Shown: one piece after another, positions 40,634 to 50,099 of the stretch
Position numbering within the stretch: the stretch's first letter is position 1
How the letters are laid out: each line of letters opens with the position of its first letter
Assembly: GCA_963783385.1 (NCBI GenBank)
Contig: CAWANJ010000009.1
Coordinates: forward strand, 160,001 to 224,000
From: an uncultured Gemmatimonadales bacterium
GTDB lineage: Bacteria > Gemmatimonadota > Gemmatimonadetes > Palauibacterales > Palauibacteraceae
Direction: 5' to 3'
Length of the DNA stretch: 64,000 bases
Program-made: the position numbers and the translations under genes
The notes under the pieces: generated by a model
Seen by the model: only the letters and a program-made list of their open reading frames with translations
The model's database searches: none
Told to the model about the DNA's origin: nothing

Positions 40634-41703
40634 ATGGGTGACGAGGGGATCGCAGGCGCAGGGGCGGGGGGGCGCCCGCAAGGCCCCGGGTCGTCGGACG
40701 CCGACCCGGGGGGGGCGACCGTCCGCGGCGCCCCCCCGCCCCCTCCCGCCGGGACGCCCTCAGAGGGCTGGAGCGGGAGCTGGCCGCTGCGGGCCGGGCC
40801 GCGGGGGTCGAGGAGGCGCGTCTCGAGGCCGAGCGGCTCGTCGCCTACGTGCTCGGCGTCTCGCGGGCCGAGCTGGCCCGCACGGGCGCCGAGGTGCTGG
40901 GCGCCGGAGAGGCACGGCGGCTGGCACGAGCCGCACAACGACGGCTGGCCGGCGAGCCCCTGCAGCACATCGAGGGTACGGTCCAGTTCCGCGAGCTGGT
41001 GCTCGCGTCCGATCCCCGGGCGCTCATTCCGAGGCCCGAGACGGAGCAGCTCGTGGACAGGATCGTGGCGTGGGCAAGGAGCCGGACCTCACGCGGCCGG
41101 CCGGACGACCCGGACGGCGTCACGAGCGTGCGCCGCCGTCCCGGGTCGGGAACTCCGCTCCTGGACAGCGCCCTCGACATCGGGACGGGATCGGGCGCGA
41201 TCGCGCTGTCGCTGGTCCGCGAGGGTGTCGTCCGCCGCGCGGTGGGCGTGGACGTGGACGCGGCGGCGTTGGAGCAGGCCGCCTCCAACCGGGCCTCCGT
41301 CGGACTGGACGAGGCCCGCGTCGAGCTCCGCCTGACCGGGCCGCGGGCGTGGAGCGCCGTCGGGGACGGAGAGCGCTTCGACCTCGTCGTCTCGAACCCC
41401 CCCTACGTGCGGGACGAGGAGATCGAGCGACTTCCGGTCCACGTGAGAGCCCACGAGCCCCGGCGGGCGCTGGCCGGTGGGCGGGACGGTCTGGACGTGG
41501 TCCGGGAGATCGCCGCGGGCGCAGCCGCGCACCTCGAGCCCGGGGGCGCACTCTTCCTGGAGATCGGCGCCGAGCAGGGCGCGACCGTACGCGAGCTGCT
41601 CGGCGCCAGCGGCGCCTGGGAGGAGATCGTGGTGCAGCGGGACCTGGCCGGGCGGGAGCGGTTCGTGCGCGCCCGGCCGGTCGTCAGCGCAGGTGGACGT
41701 TGA
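40634..41703 (+). CDS. prmC: Release factor glutamine methyltransferase; frameshift in G/C homopolymers at ~40665-40740
   Basis: EARLEAERLVAYVLG, RRLAGEPLQHIEG, ALIPRPETEQLV, LDIGTGSGAIA, VSNPPYV, HEPRRAL.GG.DGL. Confidence 0.92.
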
Positions 41704-41830
41704 TGAGAAGGGGACGAACTGGAACGGCGGCGGGTCGTTCCGCGCCCGATTGAGCCATCCGATTTCCACGCCGTCGAGGGCGTCGACGTCGTTGTAAAGG
41801 CCGATCACCAGCCGGGTCCCGCGTCCCCGG
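41684..41830 (-). pseudogene. C-terminal remnant of an LA_2272-like GxQIGxxN repeat surface protein
   Basis: LVIGLYNDVDALDGVEIGWLNRARNDPPPFQFVPF, then shifted INVHLR*; no upstream body or start. Confidence 0.5.
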
Positions 41831-42139
41831 ACCCGGCTCCAGCCCGCCACGGGGCCGGGGGCGGCCATCAGCGCTCCGCCACTCCGACGCAGAGGCCGAG
41901 AAGCAGCGGCCGGGAGCCGGGCCGCGACCTTCCTGCGGTGATCGCCGACCGCGGGTCGCGCCGGACACGGCCGACCGTTCCGCGTTCGCGCAGCGCCCGC
42001 GTGGCGTAGTCCTCCGTGCGGTACCGGGTCGGGTTGCATCAGAATCAGGACCGGCGATATGGTGGGCCGGTGATCCACGGCCGTATGCCGTATCCGGCGT
42101 GCGGGCCGCGCTGTTTGACCAGCATGCGGAAGGAGCACG

Positions 42140-44861
42140 ATGATGCGACGTCTCCAGTCCGTCTTCGGGACGGTCCTGGTGGCCCTCCTGCTGATCGCGG
42201 CCGGACCCCGGCCGGGTCTGGCTCAGGGCACCATCCAGGGCCGGGTCACCGATCAGGATGGGAAGCCGTTGTCGGGCGCTCAGGTGACCGTGAAGGGGAC
42301 CCAGCTCGGGGCCCTCACGAACAATGCCGGGCGCTACTCGATCTCCGGCGTCCCGGCGGGCACTCAGACGGTGCAAGCGGAGCTGATCGGCCATGGCACG
42401 AAGACCGCGCGTGTCCGGGTCGGCGAAGGGCTGACCGCCACCCAGGACTTCGTCCTCTCCACGGAGGCGGTACAGAGCCCAGGAGATCCGCGTCATCGGT
42501 TCCCGGGCCTACCACACGGCGGCCGAGGAGCTGCCGGTGCCGGTGGACGTGTACACGACGGAGGCGATCCAGTCGACGGGGACCACCGAGACGTCGATGA
42601 TCCTCCAGCAGCTCTCCCCGTCCGTGAACTTCCCGCATCAGACGGTGGCCGACGGTACGGACGCGAGCCGGCCGTTCACCCTGCGCGGTCTGAGCCCGGA
42701 CCACACGCTCGTCCTCATCAACGGGCATCGTCGGCATCCCACGGCGCTGGTGCACCGCCTCGGCTCCGGCATCCAGGAGGGCTCGAGCGGCGTGGACATG
42801 AACGCCATCCCCTCCAACTCGATCTCGCGCATGGAGGTGCTGCGGGACGGCGCCGCGGCCCAGTATGGCTCCGATGCCATCGCGGGCGTGGTGAACCTGG
42901 TGCTGAAGTCCGGCGTGCGGCCGCCGGAGTTCACCTACCGGGTCGGCGGCTACGTCACCAACGGCTTCAAGAACGACGGGCTCACCAACGACGTGCTGGG
43001 GAGCTACGGGCTGCCGATCGCGGGCGGCTCGCTGGACATCTTCGGGGAGTATCGCTACTCGAATCCCACCAACCGGGCCGGCGCCGATCCGCGCGACCAG
43101 ATCACGGCCGGTGACGGCGACCAGGTCGTGGACGGCAAGGTCGTCCAGCAGAACAACCCGGTTCCGCAGCCCAACCATCACTGGGGCGACGGCAAGGCCG
43201 AGGACGCCCTGATCTGGTGGAACGGCGCCGTGCCGCTGGGCGGCAAGACGCAGCAACAGGGCGGCACCGAGTTCTACACATACGGCGGCTACAGCCACCG
43301 GAACGCCACGGGCAACGGGTTCTACCGGCGGGCCCTGGATTCCCGGAACTGGCCCCAGATCTATCCGATGGGCTACCTGCCCGAGTTCAGCGACCCGGTC
43401 GAGGACCTGCAAGTTTCCGGCGGTTTCCGAGGCGTGGCGGGAGGCTGGAACTGGGACTTCGACGGCAACTACGGCCGCAACCGCTTCGACTTCAACATCG
43501 TCAACTCGCTCAACGTATCGCTGGGGCCGAGCATCCCGCCCAACCAGACGAGCTTCTTCGCGGGCTCGGAGATCCTGAACCAGTACACGGCCAGCCTGGA
43601 CGTGTCGAAGGCGTTCGAGGCGGGCCTGGCCGGCGGGCCGCTGAACGTGGCCTGGGGCGGTGCCCTGCGGCGTGAGAACTACCAGGTCGTACCCGGAGAG
43701 AAGAACTCCTACATTCTCGGGCCGAGCCCGAACCAGTTCGGCGGTTCCGCCGCGCCGGGCTCGCAGGTGTTCCCGGGCTTCGAGCCGGCCAGCGCGGCCG
43801 ACGCGTCGCGCACCAACGTCGGCGGTTACGTGGATGTCGAGTTGCCGTTCAGCCAGCAGTTCCTGGCCGACGTGGCCGGGCGCTACGAGCACTACAGCGA
43901 CTTCGGCTCCACGGTGAGCGGCAAGCTGGCGATGCGCTACCAGCCCTCTCGCCGGGTGACCCTCCGGGCCGCCATCAGCAACGGCTTCAGGGCCCCCAAC
44001 CTCGCTCAGGAGTACTTCTCCAAGATCTCGACCATCTTCCAGACCGACCCGAACACGGGCCTGACCGTGCCGTACGAGGTCGGGCTGTTCCGGGTGGGGA
44101 GCGACGTGGCCAAGGCGCTGGGCGCCAAGCCGCTCAAGAACGAGCGCTCGCTCAACCTGAGCGGCGGCATGGCGGTGAGCCCGGTCGACAACCTCACGCT
44201 CACGGCCGACGCGTTCTTCATCAAGATCTGGGACCGGATCATCCTGTCCGGGAACCTGAGCGGGCCGGTGATCCAGGCGCTGGTCGCGCCTTACGGGGCC
44301 GAGCAGGCCGCAGTTCTTCTCGAACGCGATCGACACGAAGACGTACGGGGTCGACGTGACGGCCAACTACCGGGTGCTGCTCGACAACGGCGGCACGCTG
44401 CAGCTGACGGGGTCGTTCAACTGGACGCGAGAACCGGCTGGTCGGCGCGGTGCGCAACCCGCCCGAGCTCGCCGGCCTGCAGGACGAGATCTTCGGGTTC
44501 AGCGCCCGCACGGCACTGGAGAGTGAGCACCCGGCGACGATCACCAAGACCCGCATGCAGTATAGCCAGGGCAAGTTCGACACGTCCCTGGGCATGACCT
44601 ACTATGGCTCGCTCCTGGTGGCGGACACGGATCCGACCCAGGTGCAGAAGCTGTCGCCCAAGGCGCTGTGGGACGCGTCGGTCGGGCTGCAGTTCCTGCC
44701 GCAGATCAAGCTCATCGGTGGGCGGCCGGAACCTCTTCGACACGTACCCGGACCTGACCATACCGGTGAACAGCTTCAACGGGATCTTCCGCTATCCCCG
44801 ATCCTCGCCCTTCGGCTTCAACGGGCGGTTCGTGTATGCGGAGACGCAGATCACCCTGTAA
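42140..44861 (+). CDS. TonB-dependent receptor with N-terminal carboxypeptidase-regulatory-like domain; four apparent single-base frameshifts (~42476, ~44310, ~44430, ~44722)
   Basis: Signal peptide, GTIQGRVTD..PLSGAQV, plug LRGLSPDHTLVLINGHRRH..EVLRDGAAAQYGSDAIAGVVNLVLK, GRYEHYSDFG, GFRAP, NLFDTYPD..SPFGFNGRFVY. Confidence 0.92.
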
Positions 44862-44886
44862 CCTGCAGCCCGGAGCAACGCAGAAC

Positions 44887-44916
44887 GGCGCGGGGCCCCC
44901 TCGGGGGCCCCGTGCC
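44887..44916 (+). terminator. Strong GC stem-loop between the TBDR and ggt
   Basis: GGCGCGGGGCCCC-CTCG-GGGGCCCCGTGCC followed by CTTCCT. Confidence 0.6.
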
Positions 44917-44942
44917 CTTCCTACCCGGATCCAGGAGGACGG

Positions 44943-46718
44943 ATGACATCGCGAGCGCGGATCGCAGCGATCCGTGGAACCGTGTGCCTCGCTCTCGGCC
45001 TGCCGCTGGCGATTGCGGGTTGCAGGGGCGCGGGGACGGACCGGACGCCGTGGGCCGCACCCTCGGCGTATACGTTCCCGGCCGGCTGGCCCTACCCGGC
45101 CGATGCCCGTGCGACGGAGGCGCCGCACGGCGTGGTGGCCTCCTCCGACAGCCTGGCCAGTGCGGCCGGCGTCGAGATCTTGCGGGCGGGGGGCAACGCG
45201 ATGGACGCCGCCATCGCCGTCCAGTTCGCCCTCGAGGTCGTGCACCCGTTCGCCGGGAACATCGGAGGCGGAGGCTTCGCCGTCGTCCGGACGGCGGACG
45301 GTCAGAACGGGGCGCTGGACTTTCGGGAGAAGGCGCCGCTGGCGGCCACCCACGACATGTACGTCGATTCGTCCGGCCACGTGACGCGCCAGAGCTGGAC
45401 GGGGCCGCTGGCGGCCGGTGTGCCGGGCTCGGTAGCGGGCATGCAGGCCCTGCACGAGCGCTACGGATCGCTCCCGTGGGCGCGCCTCCTCGAACCGGCC
45501 ATCCGCATGGCCCGGGACGGCATCGTCGTCCGGCGGCATTTCCACGATGCCATCGCGCGCTCCGCGGACCGGCTGGCCAGGTTCGCGCCGAGCGCGGCGA
45601 TCTACCTGCCAGACGGGGCGCCGCCCGAGGTCGGGTCCACCTTCAAGCAGCCCGAGCTGGCGCGGACGCTCCAGGCCATCGCCGGCCAGGGAGCTTCGGC
45701 CTTCTACCACGGCTGGATCGCCGATTCGCTCGTGGCCGAGCAGAAGCGGGATGGAGGCATCATCACGCAGGCCGACCTGGATCAGTACAAGGCCGTGTGG
45801 CGTGACCCGATCGTGACCCACTACCGGGGCCGCACCATCATCTCCATGCCACCGCCCTCCTCGGGTGGCGTGACGCTGGGGGAGATGCTGAACGTCCTGG
45901 GCGACTTCGATCTGGCCAAGATGGGCTGGCACTCGCCCGACGCCATCCACGTGATGGTGGAATCCATGCGGCGCGCCTACGGGGACCGGAACTACTACCT
46001 GGGCGACCCCGACTTCGTGAAGATGCCGATCGCGCAGCTCCTGTCGGAGCAGCACGCCGACTCGCTGCGCTCCTCCATCGACATGCAGCATGCCTCGCCC
46101 TCGAGCGCGTTCAACAAGGTGCCGGTCGAGTCCACCGAGACGACCCACTACTCGGTGGTCGACTCGGCCGGCGACGCGGTCGCGATCACGACCACGCTGA
46201 ACGGCGGCTTCGGGTCGGCGGTCACGGTGCGGGGCGCCGGCTTCCTGCTCAACAACGAAATGGACGACTTCGCGGCACAGCCGGGGACGCCGAACGCCTA
46301 CGGGCTCGTCCAGGGCGAGGCCAACGCCATCGCGCCCGGCAAGCGCATGCTCTCCTCGATGACCCCGACCCTGCTCCTGGACGAGGGCGGACGACTCGAG
46401 CTGGTGACAGGCTCGCCGGGCGGCTCGACCATCATCACGTCGGTGCTCCAGGTGATCACGGACCAGATCGACTTCGGGCTGCCGCCCCAGGCGGCCGTGA
46501 ACGCGCCTCGCTTCCATCACCAGAACCTGCCGAACGAGGTCTTCTACGAGCACGGCGGGCTCGACTCGGCGGTCATCGCCGCGCTGGAGAGCCGAGGGCA
46601 CAAGCTCCGGGAGCGGGACGGCACGTGGGGGGACGTCGAGTCGATCTTCGTGGGCGCGGACGGGACGCTGTACGGGGCGTCCGACCCGCGCGGCGGCGGC
46701 AAACCGGTCGGGTACTGA
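44943..46718 (+). CDS. ggt: Gamma-glutamyltransferase (probable lipoprotein)
   Basis: IAGC lipobox, GGNAMDAA, GNIGGGGF, DFREKAP, ETTHYSVVD (catalytic Thr), LLNNEMDDF, PGKRMLSSMTP, GSPGGSTI. Confidence 0.95.
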   Translation: MTSRARIAAIRGTVCLALGLPLAIAGCRGAGTDRTPWAAPSAYTFPAGWPYPADARATEAPHGVVASSDSLASAAGVEILRAGGNAMDAAIAVQFALEVVHPFAGNIGGGGFAVVRTADGQNGALDFREKAPLAATHDMYVDSSGHVTRQSWTGPLAAGVPGSVAGMQALHERYGSLPWARLLEPAIRMARDGIVVRRHFHDAIARSADRLARFAPSAAIYLPDGAPPEVGSTFKQPELARTLQAIAGQGASAFYHGWIADSLVAEQKRDGGIITQADLDQYKAVWRDPIVTHYRGRTIISMPPPSSGGVTLGEMLNVLGDFDLAKMGWHSPDAIHVMVESMRRAYGDRNYYLGDPDFVKMPIAQLLSEQHADSLRSSIDMQHASPSSAFNKVPVESTETTHYSVVDSAGDAVAITTTLNGGFGSAVTVRGAGFLLNNEMDDFAAQPGTPNAYGLVQGEANAIAPGKRMLSSMTPTLLLDEGGRLELVTGSPGGSTIITSVLQVITDQIDFGLPPQAAVNAPRFHHQNLPNEVFYEHGGLDSAVIAALESRGHKLRERDGTWGDVESIFVGADGTLYGASDPRGGGKPVGY

Positions 46719-46913
46719 CGGGGGAGGCGGACCCCGGGACGAGCGGGATCGGGCGCGTCCCGGGTCCGGTGTGGACCGCCGCCCGCCGCCCCGCCCGATT
46801 GCCGCGCGCGCGGCCAGCAGAGGTTAGCGCCGGTCCGTCGCACCGGTTATACTGACCCGTTCACGCGGGCAGGCATCTGCCGCGATCCGACCCCCACAAC
46901 CAATGGCGACGAC

Positions 46914-47306
46914 ATGCTCGAGCAGCCCGAGAAGGACCCGGACCGCCCCGAGCGAATCACCGAGAAGGCCGAGGAGCTCGGCCGTCTGATCAGCCAGACG
47001 GCCGAATACCGATACTTGCAGGCCGCCAACCGGGAGCTTTCCGACGACCGGGACGCGACGGAGCTCATCAACCGGGCGCGCGACCTCCAGGAGCGGGCCC
47101 TCGCCCACCTCGAGCGAGGAGAGCGTCCCCCCGAAGACGTCCGGGAGCAGCTGGACGAGGTACGCGGCGAGATCCAGGGCAAGAGCCGCTACCAGTCCCT
47201 GGTGGCCGCCCAGTCCAACTTCGACAAGCTCATGGACCGGGTGAACTCGGCGATCGGGCGCGGGATGAAGAAAGGCGAGGAGAGCCGGATCATCCTTCCT
47301 TCATGA
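46914..47306 (+). CDS. YlbF/YmcA (Ric) family protein
   Basis: EKAEELGRLISQTAEYRYLQAA..YQSLVAAQSNFDKLMDRVNSAI, all-helical pattern. Confidence 0.8.
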   Translation: MLEQPEKDPDRPERITEKAEELGRLISQTAEYRYLQAANRELSDDRDATELINRARDLQERALAHLERGERPPEDVREQLDEVRGEIQGKSRYQSLVAAQSNFDKLMDRVNSAIGRGMKKGEESRIILPS

Positions 47307-47956
47307 AGGGAATCCGAGAGGCGCTCGAACGCGGGCTCCGCGCCACCGTGGAGCCCGTGGTGGCCGCGCTCACCCGCTGGCGCGTCCATCCCAACGTCCT
47401 GAGCACCGCCGGGTTCGTGGTCACCTGCTCGTCGGGCTTCTTCTTCCACGAGCACCACGTGCGCACGGCCGGGGCGCTCATCCTTCTGGGTGGCGTGTTC
47501 GACCTGTTCGATGGCACGGTGGCGCGGCGGACCGGGCTGGCCTCGGCCTTCGGGGCCTTTTACGATTCGACGCTCGACCGCCTGTCCGAGATCATCGTGT
47601 ACCTGGGGCTCCTGTCCCTGTACAACGACTACCGGCTGGCGCTCGGCGACGTGGGCATGATCTACGCGGTCATGCTCGCCATGGCCGGGTCCGTGATGAT
47701 CAGCTACACGCGTGCCCGGGCCGAGGGGCTCGGCATCCCCTGCACGGTGGGACTCATGCAGCGAGCCGAGCGGGTGATCCTCATCGGGACGGCGGCTCTG
47801 GCGTTCGGTGAGCGCGGGCAGGGGCTCGTGCTCAAGGGCGTGATCATCCTGCTCGCCGTTCTCACGAACTTCACGTCGCTCCAGCGCATCGTCTGGGTGT
47901 GGCGCTACACGCGCCATCACGAGGTGACGGGCGGGGAGCCCGGGGCATCCAACTGA
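47303..47956 (+). CDS. CDP-alcohol phosphatidyltransferase (phosphatidylinositol-phosphate synthase-like)
   Basis: VHPNVLS, DLFDGTVAR..FGAFYDSTLDRLSE, ISYTRARAEGLG..VGLMQRAER. Confidence 0.9.
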   Translation: MKGIREALERGLRATVEPVVAALTRWRVHPNVLSTAGFVVTCSSGFFFHEHHVRTAGALILLGGVFDLFDGTVARRTGLASAFGAFYDSTLDRLSEIIVYLGLLSLYNDYRLALGDVGMIYAVMLAMAGSVMISYTRARAEGLGIPCTVGLMQRAERVILIGTAALAFGERGQGLVLKGVIILLAVLTNFTSLQRIVWVWRYTRHHEVTGGEPGASN

Positions 47957-47970
47957 GACTTGGCGAGGCG

Positions 47971-49317
47971 ATGAACGATACGAACGCAGGGACCGGCGGA
48001 GGCCGCCGCGACATCCGCCCGGCGCGGGGCAAGCTGGGCGTCCTCCTGGTCGGACTGGGGGCCGTGTCCACGACCTTCATCGCGGGGGTCGAATCGGTGA
48101 GGCGGGGCCGCAGCCGGCCGATCGGGTCGCTGACCCAGCTCAACACGATCCGGCTGGGCAAGCGCACCGAGGAGCGTGCACCGCTGCTCAAGGATTTCGT
48201 GCCCCTGGCCGACCTGGAGGACCTGGTGTTCGGGGCCTGGGACCCGATCCCCGACGACGCCTATGCGTCGGCGAAGCTCGCCGGCGTTCTGAGCCACGAG
48301 GACCTCGAGGCGGTGGGCGACTTCCTGAGCACCATCCGCCCCATGCCGGCCGTGTTCGACAAGAGCTACGTCAAGCGCCTGGACGGGTCCAACGTGAAGA
48401 AGGGCGCCGACAAGATGGAGCTGGCCGAGCAGCTCCGGGCGGACATCCGCGACTTCAAGGCCGAGCACGGCTGCGACCGCCTCGTCATGGTGTGGGCCGC
48501 TTCAACCGAGATCTATCTGAAGCGGCAGGACGTGCACGCCACCCTCGAGACGTTCGAGGAGGGCCTGCGCGCCAGCCACGAGGCCATCGCCCCGTCCATG
48601 ATCTACGCGTACGCGGCCCTGCAGGAGGGCGTGCCGTTCGCCAACGGCGCCCCCAACCTGACGGTGGACGTGCCGGCCCTCACCGACCTGGCGCGAGCCC
48701 GCGGGCTGCCGGTGGCAGGAAAGGACTTCAAGACGGGCCAGACCCTCATGAAGACCATCATCGCGCCGGGCCTCAAGGCGCGCATGCTCGGTCTGCGCGG
48801 GTGGTTCTCGACCAACATCCTCGGCAACCGGGACGGCGCGGTGCTGGACGACCCGCAGAGCTTCAAGACCAAGGAAGAGTCCAAGCTCGGGGTGCTCGAC
48901 TACATCCTCCAGCCCGACATGTACCCGGACCTGTACGGCGACTTCTATCACAAGGTGCGGATCAACTACTATCCGCCGCGGGGAGACGACAAGGAGGGTT
49001 GGGACAACATCGACATCGTCGGGTGGATGGGCTACCCGATGCAGATCAAGGTGGACTTCCTGTGCAAGGACTCCATCCTGGCGGCGCCGATCGTCCTGGA
49101 CCTCGCTCTCTTCCTGGACCTGGCCGCCCGGGCGGGGCTGTCCGGCATCCAGGAGTGGCTCTCCTTCTACTTCAAGAGCCCGCAGGTGGCCGAGGGGTTG
49201 TATCCGGAGCACGACCTGTTCATCCAGCACTGGAAGCTCAAGAACACGCTCCGCTGGCTGATGGGCGAGGAACAGATCACCCACCTGGGCATGGAGTACT
49301 ACGGCGAGCAGGAGTGA
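47971..49317 (+). CDS. ino1: Inositol-3-phosphate synthase
   Basis: VGLGAVSTT, VFGAWD, ANGAPN, GKDFKTGQT, STNILGNRDG, GDDKEGWD, DSILAAPIVLDL. Confidence 0.95.
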   Translation: MNDTNAGTGGGRRDIRPARGKLGVLLVGLGAVSTTFIAGVESVRRGRSRPIGSLTQLNTIRLGKRTEERAPLLKDFVPLADLEDLVFGAWDPIPDDAYASAKLAGVLSHEDLEAVGDFLSTIRPMPAVFDKSYVKRLDGSNVKKGADKMELAEQLRADIRDFKAEHGCDRLVMVWAASTEIYLKRQDVHATLETFEEGLRASHEAIAPSMIYAYAALQEGVPFANGAPNLTVDVPALTDLARARGLPVAGKDFKTGQTLMKTIIAPGLKARMLGLRGWFSTNILGNRDGAVLDDPQSFKTKEESKLGVLDYILQPDMYPDLYGDFYHKVRINYYPPRGDDKEGWDNIDIVGWMGYPMQIKVDFLCKDSILAAPIVLDLALFLDLAARAGLSGIQEWLSFYFKSPQVAEGLYPEHDLFIQHWKLKNTLRWLMGEEQITHLGMEYYGEQE

Positions 49318-49374
49318 GGGCGTGCCCGCCGGAGGTCCGCGGCGCGCGTCCATTGGCGCGGGGGTAGCGAGGCC

Positions 49375-50010
49375 GTGACGCGGCCGCCCCGCGGCCTGTT
49401 CCTGGTGTTCGAGGGGATCGAGGGCGCCGGCAAGAGCACCCAGCTCCGCCGGGTGGCCGAGCGCCTCGCCCGTGCCGGCGTGGCCCACCTGGCCGTCCGC
49501 GAGCCGGGCGGCTCCCCCGTCGGGGAGCGCATCCGCCACGTCGTGCTCGATCCGGAGCTCGATCCCACGCCGGAGACGGAGCTGCTCCTGATGCTCGCCG
49601 CCCGGGCGGAGTTCGTGCGCCGGATCGTCCGTCCGGCCCTCGAGCGCGGCGAGGTCGTGCTGGCCGACCGTTACGAGCTCTCGACCTTCGCCTACCAGGG
49701 CGAGGCTCGCGGCCTCGGCCTGGAGCGGGTACGCAACCTCAACCGGTTCGCGACCGGTGGACTGCATCCGGACGCCACCCTCCTGCTGCTCCTGGATCCC
49801 GCGCTGGCCCGCGCCAGGCTGGACGAGGCGAAGGCCGACCGGATGGAGCGGGCCGGGTCGGCGTTCCACGCGGCGGTGGACCGGGCGTACCGGCGGTTCG
49901 CGGGAGAGGAGCCGGGCGTGATCCCGGTGCCCGCGGAGGGAGAGCCAGGGGTCGTCGCCGAGCGCGTGTGGTCGGCACTGGCGGAGCGCTGGCCGGACCG
50001 GTTCGCCTAG
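49375..50010 (+). CDS. tmk: Thymidylate kinase
   Basis: FEGIEGAGKSTQ, REPGG, DRYELSTFAYQG. Confidence 0.95.
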   Translation: MTRPPRGLFLVFEGIEGAGKSTQLRRVAERLARAGVAHLAVREPGGSPVGERIRHVVLDPELDPTPETELLLMLAARAEFVRRIVRPALERGEVVLADRYELSTFAYQGEARGLGLERVRNLNRFATGGLHPDATLLLLLDPALARARLDEAKADRMERAGSAFHAAVDRAYRRFAGEEPGVIPVPAEGEPGVVAERVWSALAERWPDRFA

Positions 50011-50099
50011 GCGGCCGCGGTCGTGTCGGAAACATTCCAGTTCGGGCCGGGTGTTAGACCGAAGCCAGGACCCGGTACGTCGGACCCAGCGGAGGACGC

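Noticed and set aside
39123-41703. Programmed frameshift in release-factor genes
   Set aside because: The factor is RF1 (PxT motif) and is uninterrupted. The prmC shift lies in G/C homopolymers typical of read errors.
41840-42135. Possible riboswitch upstream of the TonB-dependent receptor
   Set aside because: No cobalamin, glycine, FMN or SAM consensus could be recognised.
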